Virus record (IMG/VR): IMGVR_UViG_3300043447_000256 | Location: 1-26,979 of that record | DNA length: 26,979 nucleotides | Reading direction: 5' to 3' (one strand) | Source: a virus | Lineage: Duplodnaviria > Caudoviricetes | Notes under the pieces: model-generated | Database searches by the model: none | What the model was told of the DNA's origin: nothing | The model's input: the letters and a program-made list of their open reading frames with translations, nothing else | In this document: piece by piece, positions 17,049 through 25,703 of the stretch | Numbering within the stretch: position 1 is the first letter of the stretch | How the letters are laid out: each line of letters starts with the position of its first letter | Program-made: the position numbers and the translations under genes

Positions 17049-17612
17049 ATGGCAGAAACTTATAATGCATCGACAAGTACTAAAAAAACAGCATTAGAAC
17101 TAATGTCTGAACAGTACTTACAGCAAGAATTAGCAATCAACAAATATTCCACTAACAATAGTTATGGTGTCACAAATCCTAATGCTGTATCCGATGGAGA
17201 TGAATTTGGTAAAGGACAAAATGAAAATGGACAAGTTGGTTCAAATACCGATATTCAAACCAGAATACAAATTTTAGGATCAAATCGTTATAATCAAGAT
17301 AATGGTTATGGAATTACAAATCCCGACGCAATATCTGATGGTGACGCATATGGTAAAGGACAAAATGAAAATGGACAAGTTGGTTCACAAATTGATATTT
17401 TAACAAGAAATGAGGTTATGGGTAGAAACAAATATGGAAATAATAATTCATATGGTGTGACAAATCCTAACGCAATTTCTGATGGTGATGAATTTGGTAA
17501 AGGACAAAAAGGTGAAAACGGTCAAGTAGGTTCTTTTAGTGACATTAACAATAGAATAGATAATATCGGAAGAAACAAATTTAATTCTGAAAAAGGTTAC
17601 CCTGATTTTTAA
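17049..17612 (+). CDS. Asn/Gly-rich protein built from three 48-49 aa repeats
   Basis: Unit N(K/R)Y...N.YG.TNP.A.SDGD..GKGQ.ENGQVGS..DI..R....G occurs three times, plus a partial fourth. Confidence 0.85.
   Translation: MAETYNASTSTKKTALELMSEQYLQQELAINKYSTNNSYGVTNPNAVSDGDEFGKGQNENGQVGSNTDIQTRIQILGSNRYNQDNGYGITNPDAISDGDAYGKGQNENGQVGSQIDILTRNEVMGRNKYGNNNSYGVTNPNAISDGDEFGKGQKGENGQVGSFSDINNRIDNIGRNKFNSEKGYPDF
17139..17573 (+). repeat. In-frame tandem repeat, 144/144/147 nt units
   Basis: Units 17139-17282, 17283-17426 and 17427-17573; a perfect 37-nt match at 17207-17243 and 17351-17387. Confidence 0.9.
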
Positions 17613-17615
17613 TAT

Positions 17616-18503
17616 ATGATTTTTAATAAAATGTTCTTTGAATTACTTCAAGAGAGCAACATACTTAAGACTTCAAAAACACAACCGTTAGTGGATGCCA
17701 TCAGACAGAGACATCCTATAACGTTTTACTATACGGGTCCACAAAAACCCGAGAAGGAAAGAGTATTGCCAGGTACGAGACAAAGTGGAGAACCTGTTGC
17801 ACTTGGATTAAGTAAGAAGGGCAATTTAATTATTAGAGTTTTTGTACCGTCTCCAAACGTCTCCAAAAAGGGTTTAGATAAAACCCAATGGAGAACATTT
17901 ATGGTATCAAGAATGAGTAGTATTAAAATTGATGATGAAGTAACATTTGACGAAAAAAGACCACAATATAAAGAAGGTGATGATGATTCGATGTCAGTTA
18001 CTTATGTAACATCAGATTGGACTCATACACCCGAACCACAACCTCAGACTGAACCTGAAACACAACCACAAGGTCAAACTGAGCCACAACCTCAGACTGA
18101 ACCTGAAGTTCAATCTCAAGAGCCAACACCACAACCTGAACCTCAGGCGGAACCAACTCCACAAGAAGAACCAACAACACCGACTGAGTTGCCTCAACCA
18201 AAACCTGAAGTTAAACCACCGGTACAACCAATACAAACACCTTCAGGAACCACACAAAACGCAAATCAAGATTACCAAAATAAAATTAAACAAGAATACG
18301 ACGCAATTAGACGTAGTTGGGTTGAAAAACAAAAACAATCAGGTGGTAATATAAATCCTGGTGAAGGTACGAGAGCAAGATTTAAGAAAGAGGCTGAAAA
18401 GAAGTTAAATGATTTACAATCAAATCAAAATACTGAAGAGCCAACGGAACCTAATAACTTACAAGAATCGATTAGTAGAATAAAGACTTTAATGTTCTTC
18501 TAA
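17616..18503 (+). CDS. WYL-like domain protein with a Pro/Gln/Glu linker and helical C-terminus
   Basis: DAIRQRHPITFYY...R...EPVALG...IIRVF...WRTFMVSRMSSIKI.DE.TF matches the WYL SH3-like pattern; no HTH is evident. Confidence 0.7.
   Translation: MIFNKMFFELLQESNILKTSKTQPLVDAIRQRHPITFYYTGPQKPEKERVLPGTRQSGEPVALGLSKKGNLIIRVFVPSPNVSKKGLDKTQWRTFMVSRMSSIKIDDEVTFDEKRPQYKEGDDDSMSVTYVTSDWTHTPEPQPQTEPETQPQGQTEPQPQTEPEVQSQEPTPQPEPQAEPTPQEEPTTPTELPQPKPEVKPPVQPIQTPSGTTQNANQDYQNKIKQEYDAIRRSWVEKQKQSGGNINPGEGTRARFKKEAEKKLNDLQSNQNTEEPTEPNNLQESISRIKTLMFF
18027..18242 (+). repeat. Coding P/Q/E/T-rich low-complexity repeat
   Basis: EPQPQTEPE-type units; 24-nt direct repeat CCACAACCTCAGACTGAACCTGAA at 18036 and 18084. 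Confidence 0.85.
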
Positions 18504-18535
18504 AAAATTCTAAATTATAGAAAATATTTATAGAG

Positions 18536-19117
18536 ATGTCACAACAAGGAACAATATCAGAAAACGACTTAATGAGAAAATTAGTTCAAGCTAAAAAAGT
18601 TATGAACAAAGTTGATGGTGGTAATTATGAAAGAGGTCATGTTAATGAAAGTATCTTAACAAGTTCACCTGAAGAAATTGATATGTCCCAATTTCAAAAT
18701 ACATCAAGAGCGACTAAACCTGTTAGTGGACCTCTAAATGTTGACAAAATTCAAAACTCTAAATTACCTGACGCAATTAAACAAGCAATGATTAATCATC
18801 CAATCGAACAAATGCCATCAATCTCATTAAATGAGACGTTAGATATGGATTTTATTAAAGGAGCTAAAAGATTAATGGAACAAGAGGGTGTGGCAACAAG
18901 ACCTTCCTCACAACCAAAACAAACTATTGTTAATAACAATATTGATATGAATGCAATCGCAACTCTTATCGAAAATACAGTTCGTAAAGTAATGGATGAG
19001 AAATTAAATCAAATCCTAACTGCACAACAGACACAAACAATCAATGAAAATTTAGTTCTAAAGGTTGGTGATTCAGTATTCAAAGGAAAAATCACAGGAG
19101 TTAACAAATCTAAATAA
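18536..19117 (+). CDS. Hypothetical protein with several (I/L/V)-x-E sites, possible head-internal protein
   Basis: 193 aa containing ISE, VNE, LNE, LME, LIE and INE; TATTTAT ends 4 nt before the ATG. Confidence 0.75.
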   Translation: MSQQGTISENDLMRKLVQAKKVMNKVDGGNYERGHVNESILTSSPEEIDMSQFQNTSRATKPVSGPLNVDKIQNSKLPDAIKQAMINHPIEQMPSISLNETLDMDFIKGAKRLMEQEGVATRPSSQPKQTIVNNNIDMNAIATLIENTVRKVMDEKLNQILTAQQTQTINENLVLKVGDSVFKGKITGVNKSK

Positions 19118-19179
19118 TCGTCACAATCCATTTTGTTTTTCCAATTATTTTCTCTATAATTTAGACATATAGTATTATT

Positions 19180-20406
19180 ATGTCAAAAATTAAAATTCTA
19201 GCAATCCCATCAGATAAACATGGAGTAGGGAAATTCCGAATAATGGATCCTTATACTTTTATAGGGGAAAAATTTGCAGATGATGTTCATGTTGATTTAA
19301 CATTTAACGCAGAAGATAAAGACGAAACTTTCTTTGGATACGATATTGTGGTATTCCACACATTCATTCATCAAACTAATCATGAGAGTAATGTAAACAG
19401 AATCAAATGGTTACAACAACAAGGGATTAAAGTCATAATGGATATTGACGACTTATGGTTTGTTGACCAAAGACATCCGATGTATCACCAAATTAAAAAT
19501 TCTAAGATTGGTGAAATGAAGGTGGAGATGATGAAACTTGTGGATTATGTAACAACAACAACCCCAATTTTCGCAAAGACAATTAAAGATAGATTGAATA
19601 TCACTAACATATTAATCTTCCCTAATGCCGTTAATGACGAAGAACCACAGTTTCAACCAAATCCAACAAAATCAGATAAAATAAGATTTGGATGGTTAGG
19701 AGGTTCGTCACACTTACACGACATTGAACTAATGTCTCAAGGTATTTCAACTACACATAACTCATTTAAAGACAAAATCCAATTCGTTTTATGTGGGTTT
19801 GATTTAAGAGGTAAGGTAACTGAAATAGATAAAAATACAGGTCAACAAAGACAAAGAGATATTCAACCATTAGAGACGGTTTGGTATAAATATGAGAGAT
19901 TCTTCACGGATGATTATAAAGTATTGTCTAATGAATATAAATCATATTTAAATACATTTGCACCAACACCATATGATGATGTAAATCAACCATATAGAAG
20001 AAGGTGGACACAAGACATCACTACATACGCAAACAATTACAATATGTTTGATGTGTCACTTGCTCCTTTAGTTGAGTCTGATTTTAATGTTAATAAATCA
20101 CAATTAAAAGTTATTGAGGCAGGTTTCCATAAAAAGGCAATTATTGCAAGTGAGACAAATCCTTACTTATTAGATTTGGTAAATGCCGTAGATAATGGTA
20201 ATTTTAACAATAACGGTAATGCTTTATTAGTTAACCCAAAGAGAAATCATAAAGATTGGGCAAAACAAATGAAGAGATTAATTGAAAACCCAAATATGAT
20301 TGAAGACTTAGGTAATAGACTTTATGAAACAGTAAAAGACACCTATTCTTTAAGAAATGTTTGTAATAACAGAGTACAATTTTTTAAATCAATTATAAAC
20401 AAGTAA
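19180..20406 (+). CDS. Glycosyltransferase, GT-B fold (GT4-like)
   Basis: GVGKFRI.DP, DIDDLW, FPNAV, RFGWLGGSSHLHD, FDVSLAPL...FNVNKSQLKVIEAG...IIAS. Confidence 0.88.
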   Translation: MSKIKILAIPSDKHGVGKFRIMDPYTFIGEKFADDVHVDLTFNAEDKDETFFGYDIVVFHTFIHQTNHESNVNRIKWLQQQGIKVIMDIDDLWFVDQRHPMYHQIKNSKIGEMKVEMMKLVDYVTTTTPIFAKTIKDRLNITNILIFPNAVNDEEPQFQPNPTKSDKIRFGWLGGSSHLHDIELMSQGISTTHNSFKDKIQFVLCGFDLRGKVTEIDKNTGQQRQRDIQPLETVWYKYERFFTDDYKVLSNEYKSYLNTFAPTPYDDVNQPYRRRWTQDITTYANNYNMFDVSLAPLVESDFNVNKSQLKVIEAGFHKKAIIASETNPYLLDLVNAVDNGNFNNNGNALLVNPKRNHKDWAKQMKRLIENPNMIEDLGNRLYETVKDTYSLRNVCNNRVQFFKSIINK

Positions 20407-20409
20407 AAC

Positions 20410-20646
20410 ATGCACTACTTAGTAACTATCGGTTATGAAACCGACCAAATGGACAGAGCAGGAAACGCTCGTCTTCAAAAATTAAAGTACATCATTGAAG
20501 CGGAAACTGTAGAAGAGGCAACTATTGTTGCATCGAAATACAGAGCGGGTGACATTCGTTCAAGTGAAAGCATTTCAGTTGCTAAAATGGCAATCGAATG
20601 TGTTATCGACCCAAAGAACACACCTGAGTACTACAAAACAAAGTAA
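20410..20646 (+). CDS. Small protein, DUF4494-like
   Basis: YLVTIGYE...G..RLQKLKYIIEAETVEEA resembles the DUF4494 pattern seen in Bacteroidota and their phages. Confidence 0.5.
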   Translation: MHYLVTIGYETDQMDRAGNARLQKLKYIIEAETVEEATIVASKYRAGDIRSSESISVAKMAIECVIDPKNTPEYYKTK

Positions 20647-20667
20647 TTAACATAAACACCAACTGAT

Positions 20668-20880
20668 ATGGATTTTCATAGTCGTGATATTCAAATATTA
20701 AGACAATCACAAAGCAAAATGGCTTTAGAATACACCAATTCAGTTGGTGTTAAAATTACAGTAGAAGAACTTCAACGAATCACCGACGTATTTGTTGAAT
20801 GTTGTTTAAGACCTCAAGACGAAGCTTTACAAAAAAGAATAAAAGCTTTAGATAAATGGTTAGAAGAAAAAAAACAGTAA
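20668..20880 (+). CDS. Hypothetical protein
   Basis: 70-aa ORF abutting the dUTPase start. Confidence 0.7.
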   Translation: MDFHSRDIQILRQSQSKMALEYTNSVGVKITVEELQRITDVFVECCLRPQDEALQKRIKALDKWLEEKKQ

Positions 20881-21507
20881 ATGGAAAAAGAAGAATTAGA
20901 AGGTTACGTAAAGAGATTAAAGGAATTAGAGTTATCATTAGTTAATGATGAAGAATTCGACGTTAATTTTGTACAAGAGTTAGACGACGTATTGGGTAAA
21001 TTGGCCAATGACGTTGAAAGAGAAGTTAATAAACCTAAAATTCCAAATTTTCCAACAAATTTTGGTACCATTTCTGAAGGTGTAATGGTTAAAGTAAAAA
21101 AATTAGATCCGAATGCGGTTATACCATCGTATTCAAAAGTCGGCGATGCTGGTATGGATTTAACAATTACAAATATCAAAGAAAATACTAGTTTTAGTAT
21201 TACATATGGTTTCGGTATTGCAATGGAAATCCCAAAAGGTCACGTTGGATTAGTATTCCCTCGTTCTTCTGTTAGAAACCAAGAATTAATTTTATCCAAT
21301 TGTGTTGGTGTAATTGATAGTGGTTATAGAGGTGAATTACAAGCCACTTTTAAGAAAACACAGGGTTTGGATAGTGTATCGTATAATGTTGGTGAGAGAG
21401 GAGCTCAGATAATTATCTTACCTTATCCGACAGTATTTATGACTGAGGTTCCTGAATTATCGGAAACTGAAAGAGGTACAGGAGGATTCGGTAGTACCGG
21501 AAAATAA
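20881..21507 (+). CDS. dut: Trimeric dUTPase with an acidic N-terminal extension
   Basis: All five motifs present: DAGMDL, PRSS, GVIDSGYRGE, GERGAQ, RGTGGFGSTG. Confidence 0.96.
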   Translation: MEKEELEGYVKRLKELELSLVNDEEFDVNFVQELDDVLGKLANDVEREVNKPKIPNFPTNFGTISEGVMVKVKKLDPNAVIPSYSKVGDAGMDLTITNIKENTSFSITYGFGIAMEIPKGHVGLVFPRSSVRNQELILSNCVGVIDSGYRGELQATFKKTQGLDSVSYNVGERGAQIIILPYPTVFMTEVPELSETERGTGGFGSTGK

Positions 21508-21549
21508 GATATTTATAAAAAATAAAAGTAGAATCTAAAAAAAAATATT

Positions 21550-22278
21550 TTGGCATTAAAACCTAAAATTAGTAGAAACCAACCCACCGTCCTAATCGAA
21601 GAAAAAAAGACATCACATAAGGAAAAAATTAGACAAATCATTAAACGTCCTAAGGAGAAGTTCTTAACCAAAAACCAAGAAACTTATTGGAATGTTCTTG
21701 GTGAAAATCAAATTACATTATGTTTTGGACCTGCGGGTGTGGGTAAGTCATATATTGCAATGAAACGTGCAGTGGACTTATTATACGACGATTCTAACAA
21801 GTATGAGAAGATTATCATAGTTAGACCAGCGGTTGAGGCTGAGGAGAAATTAGGGTCATTACCTGGTGGTTTAGAAGAGAAATTAGACCCGTACATTTAT
21901 CCATCATATTACCTATTAAACAAGATTATCGGTAAAGAGGCTCGTGAGAGTTTAAAAGACATGGGTTATATTGAAGTTGCTGCACTTGCTTACATGAGAG
22001 GATGGAACGTAGATAACACTATTTTAGTTTTCGAAGAGGCACAAAATGCAACTCCCGCACAAATTAAATTACTATTAACTCGTATTGGTTTTAATTCAAA
22101 ATTCTTTTTATCGGGTGACCTTGAACAATCTGACAAATATAAAGACAAAACAAAATCAGGTCTTTATGATGCGAAGAAAAGATTGGAAGGTGTTAAAGGT
22201 ATTGGAGTTTTTGAATTTGGGAATCAAGACATTGTAAGAAATCCAATTATCGGAGAGATATTGAATAGATACGATTAG
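21550..22278 (+). CDS. phoH: PhoH-family ATPase
   Basis: GPAGVGKS, RPAVEAEEKLGSLPG, LAYMRG, EEAQN, LLTRIG, GDLEQSD, DIVRNP; TTG start after GATATTTATA. Confidence 0.95.
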   Translation: MALKPKISRNQPTVLIEEKKTSHKEKIRQIIKRPKEKFLTKNQETYWNVLGENQITLCFGPAGVGKSYIAMKRAVDLLYDDSNKYEKIIIVRPAVEAEEKLGSLPGGLEEKLDPYIYPSYYLLNKIIGKEARESLKDMGYIEVAALAYMRGWNVDNTILVFEEAQNATPAQIKLLLTRIGFNSKFFLSGDLEQSDKYKDKTKSGLYDAKKRLEGVKGIGVFEFGNQDIVRNPIIGEILNRYD

Positions 22279-22299
22279 GGTTTACTTATAACCCTAATC
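22273..22299 (+). terminator. Perfect 10-bp inverted repeat at the phoH stop (terminator or operator)
   Basis: GATTAGGGTT-TACTTAT-AACCCTAATC followed by a T-rich but interrupted tract. Confidence 0.4.
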
Positions 22300-22315
22300 A
22301 TCTTATATTTCTTTT

Positions 22316-22960
22316 ATGGAAATATTTGTAAGTATTGATGGTGTAATCAGAAACACTATTCAAAAATTTGATTATCACTATAGAGATGCATATCTCGATT
22401 CTGAAACTGAAGATACGTTTGAATACGGTATCACAGAACCAATCCAAAATAATAACATTTTAAATTCGTACAAATTCCAATCACAGGAAGAGTATGAATA
22501 TTTCACATTTATCGAATATCCAATTGAGATATTTGGTCATGCGGGATTAAGTTATTCAACAACATTTACGGATTTAAATCGATTAATCCACGAAAATCCT
22601 GAACATACATTTACATTAATCGGTGTCGATGAATTGGGTAAATCAAAACCTGCAACATTATTCTTTTTATCAAAGAATGGTTTTCTTGGTAATGATATAA
22701 AATTCATAAAGAGTCAAGACGTTGAAAAATTATGGTCAAAATGTGATGTTTGGATAAGTGACAGTGAAAGTATCTTACAAAAATGTCCCGAAGAAAAAAT
22801 AGGTATTAAATTCAATACCACTTATAATCAATACTTTACTTATAAAAAAGAAATAACTAAATTAACTGAAATACAAGAACCATGGTTGAAATCTTTGGAA
22901 AATCCTACTACATTGACCTTGACGGAATCACAGACAAATGTAGAACCGGAAACAACATAA
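22316..22960 (+). CDS. HAD-fold 5'(3')-nucleotidase-like protein with degenerate catalytic motifs
   Basis: IFVSIDGVIRN (cf. DxDGV), CDVWISDS (cf. D.LIDD), KFNTTYNQ (cf. F..PYN). Confidence 0.6.
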   Translation: MEIFVSIDGVIRNTIQKFDYHYRDAYLDSETEDTFEYGITEPIQNNNILNSYKFQSQEEYEYFTFIEYPIEIFGHAGLSYSTTFTDLNRLIHENPEHTFTLIGVDELGKSKPATLFFLSKNGFLGNDIKFIKSQDVEKLWSKCDVWISDSESILQKCPEEKIGIKFNTTYNQYFTYKKEITKLTEIQEPWLKSLENPTTLTLTESQTNVEPETT

Positions 22961-23166
22961 AAGACGATGACGGATCAGAAACGTTAGAAATTAACATATT
23001 CAAATATGAAATAATAAAAATGTGTTTAGAGAGAGTTTTATCTGAATACGATGAAACTGAAGATGAGTTAGGAGTTTTTTCACAACAAAAAGCCAGCATC
23101 GCCTTTAAAATTGCATTTAACACTTTAATAAAATACGAAATATTAATCGAAGAAGATGAACAATAA
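22882..23166 (+). CDS. Small acidic hypothetical protein
   Basis: 94-aa ORF overlapping both neighbours; protein-like composition. Confidence 0.7.
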   Translation: MVEIFGKSYYIDLDGITDKCRTGNNIKDDDGSETLEINIFKYEIIKMCLERVLSEYDETEDELGVFSQQKASIAFKIAFNTLIKYEILIEEDEQ

Positions 23167-24220
23167 TGAAAACATTGAAAAATTAAATTTAGCCCTAAAC
23201 AGGTTAGAAGAAAGTAAAAGTATAGTATATTTTTTAACATACGATACAAAAAATAATGCGAGAGCTTCGGTAAAATACATTTATGATTTAGCATTAACGT
23301 TAAATCAAAACGGTGTTATTTCTAAAATTCTTGTTGAAGATAAAAACTACACTGGAGTTGAGTCTTGGTTGGGTGACAAATACAAAGAACTTGAAGTCGT
23401 ATCAATTAAAGACGATAAAATCGAGATTAATGTTGATGACACAATTGTTGTACCTGAATATTATACCAATACATTACAGCAATTATCAAATATCAAATGT
23501 ATTAAAGTGTTATTGGTACAACAAAAAGAATATATCTACGAGAATTTACCAATCGGTAGTAGATTTAGTGATTATGGTTTCGATAGAATTATCACAACAA
23601 CTGACGCATCGAAAAAATATCTTTTAGATTATTTTCCTGAAAGTTTAGTGTTTGTAATTCCACCAATTATTGAAGATATTTTTGAACCGTCTACTTTGTC
23701 ATTAAAACCATTTATCGCAATTAGTGTAAGAGATAGAAGTATTCAAAGAAAACTAATTTCTGAATTTTATTTAAAATTTCCACAATTAAGATGGATTACA
23801 TTTAGAGACATGGTTCAAATGTCATATGAAGATTTCTCAAAAAATTTGAAAGAATGTATGGTGTCGTTATGGGTTGATGATGATTCTACTTTTGGAACGT
23901 TCCCTTTAGAATCAATGAAATCAGGAGTACCTGTTGTTGGTAAAATTCCCGATACTGAACCTGATTGGTTATCTGAAAATGGTTTGTGGACATATGATAG
24001 TAATAAATTAGTTGAGATTTTAGGTACGTATATTTTGGCGTGGATTGAGGGAGTTGAATTAACTCAAGAGGTTAAAGATAAAATGAAAGAAACTTTATTA
24101 CCATACAAAAAAGAAGTAACTGAAAATAACATTTTATCCGTTTTTAATTCTTTTAAAAATAAAAGAATGGAAACATTTAAATTAACATTAGAAAAATTAA
24201 AACAAGTAGAAAATGCATAA
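23156..24220 (+). CDS. Glycosyltransferase-like protein, GT-B fold
   Basis: DTIVVPEY and STFGTFPLESMKSGVPVVG (cf. EGFGLPPLEAMA.G.PVV of GT4-like enzymes). Confidence 0.8.
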   Translation: MNNNENIEKLNLALNRLEESKSIVYFLTYDTKNNARASVKYIYDLALTLNQNGVISKILVEDKNYTGVESWLGDKYKELEVVSIKDDKIEINVDDTIVVPEYYTNTLQQLSNIKCIKVLLVQQKEYIYENLPIGSRFSDYGFDRIITTTDASKKYLLDYFPESLVFVIPPIIEDIFEPSTLSLKPFIAISVRDRSIQRKLISEFYLKFPQLRWITFRDMVQMSYEDFSKNLKECMVSLWVDDDSTFGTFPLESMKSGVPVVGKIPDTEPDWLSENGLWTYDSNKLVEILGTYILAWIEGVELTQEVKDKMKETLLPYKKEVTENNILSVFNSFKNKRMETFKLTLEKLKQVENA

Positions 24221-25004
24221 GATATTATACACGGTAATATTACCAATTCATAAAATTGACGAATTATACTCAGAAATGTTGAATAATTCAGTTAATTCAA
24301 TTCAAGATTTTCATAATGATGTACAATTAACCATTGTTTGTCCCCAAGATGTTAAAACTGAAATCGAAAAATTAGATTTAAGTCAAAAATTACAAATTAC
24401 ATATGTTGTTAACAATGGAAATACTGATTTTTCTTCACAAGTAAATTTAGGTGTTGAAAACTGTTCAACTGAATGGTTTACAATCTTAGAAGTTGATGAT
24501 GAATTCAAACCAAATTGGTTAAAAACTGTAAACGAATATACTAAAGAATTTACTGATGTTGATGTGTTTTTACCTATCGTAAAAGATGTTAATGTTGAGG
24601 GTGAATTTGTAAGTTTTACTAATGAATCGGTTTGGGCATACGGTTTTTGTGACAAACAAGGTTTTTTAGACAATGAAGTTTTATTGGAATTTGAAAACTA
24701 CCAAACAAGCGGCGGATTATATAGAACACAAGTAATGAAAGAAAATGGTTTTTTCAAGGACAACATTAAATTGACATTTAGTTATGAATTATTGTTAAGA
24801 TTAACACATAACAATGTGAAAATTATGTCAATTCCTAAAGTTGGATATCAACACGTTAATTTTAGAGAAGACTCATTATTTTTTAATTTAAAAAATGATG
24901 AAGAAAGTAAATTAACTGAAAAAGAGGTAAAATTTTGGATGGACACCGCGAAAAAAGAATTTTTCTTTAAAAATAAACGAGATGTAAATTACACAGAAGC
25001 CTAA
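24213..25004 (+). CDS. Glycosyltransferase, GT-A fold (GT2-like)
   Basis: TVILPIH, NLGVENCSTEWFTILEVDD, YELLLRL...IPKVGYQH. Confidence 0.85.
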   Translation: MHKILYTVILPIHKIDELYSEMLNNSVNSIQDFHNDVQLTIVCPQDVKTEIEKLDLSQKLQITYVVNNGNTDFSSQVNLGVENCSTEWFTILEVDDEFKPNWLKTVNEYTKEFTDVDVFLPIVKDVNVEGEFVSFTNESVWAYGFCDKQGFLDNEVLLEFENYQTSGGLYRTQVMKENGFFKDNIKLTFSYELLLRLTHNNVKIMSIPKVGYQHVNFREDSLFFNLKNDEESKLTEKEVKFWMDTAKKEFFFKNKRDVNYTEA

Positions 25005-25703
25005 ATGCCAAGAAAAAGGACCCAAAAAATATATTTTGGGGAGGATCAAGAACAAGCGGTAGTACGATATTTAAAATCCGAAGACGAAGACGAACGTAAC
25101 AAGATATTCAATGAATATTTAAGAGAACCCCTAATAATAATGGTCGAATCTATTATTCGACGTTATAAGTTATATAGAAAAGATATGGAATTTGATGAAA
25201 TCCATACAGATACCATGTCTTTTCTTATTACAAAAATTAATAAATTTAATCCTGACGCCAACCACAAGGCTTATTCGTATTTTGGAACCATTTGTAAGAA
25301 CTATCTTATGGGTGCAATACAAAAGGACGTAAAAGAACAAAATCGTCAAGTATCTTATGACGATATTTCGTCTGATATTGAGGGTCGAAGTGATTTATCT
25401 TATGTTATTGATGAGTATGCGATAGATTATCGAGATGTAATCATAAAACTAACCAACACATTAGAGGAATTCATGGAAAAGGAAAGTTTAACCGAAAATG
25501 AACAAAAACTAGGGTACGCATTACTTGAAATTTTTGCAAATTTTGATAAAATCTTTCAAGTTGGTGATGGAAATAAATTTAATAAAAATCTAATCCTACT
25601 CTCTTTACGAGAAATGACCTCATTATCGACCAAAGAAATTAGAATTTCCCTTAAACGTTTTAAAAAGATGTATAATGGAATTTTGGTTGGGTTTTTAGAA
25701 TAA
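25005..25703 (+). CDS. Phage sigma factor, T4 gp55-like (late transcription)
   Basis: Sigma region-2-like KINKFNPDANHKAYSYFGTICKNYL (cf. gp55-family F.P....AY.YFT.I..N); no clear canonical region 4. Confidence 0.65.
   Translation: MPRKRTQKIYFGEDQEQAVVRYLKSEDEDERNKIFNEYLREPLIIMVESIIRRYKLYRKDMEFDEIHTDTMSFLITKINKFNPDANHKAYSYFGTICKNYLMGAIQKDVKEQNRQVSYDDISSDIEGRSDLSYVIDEYAIDYRDVIIKLTNTLEEFMEKESLTENEQKLGYALLEIFANFDKIFQVGDGNKFNKNLILLSLREMTSLSTKEIRISLKRFKKMYNGILVGFLE

Noticed and set aside
17139-17573. Regularly spaced repeats with a 37-nt identical block, superficially CRISPR-like
   Set aside because: Units are in-frame multiples of three, the intervening sequence is also homologous, and no cas genes are present; this is a protein repeat.
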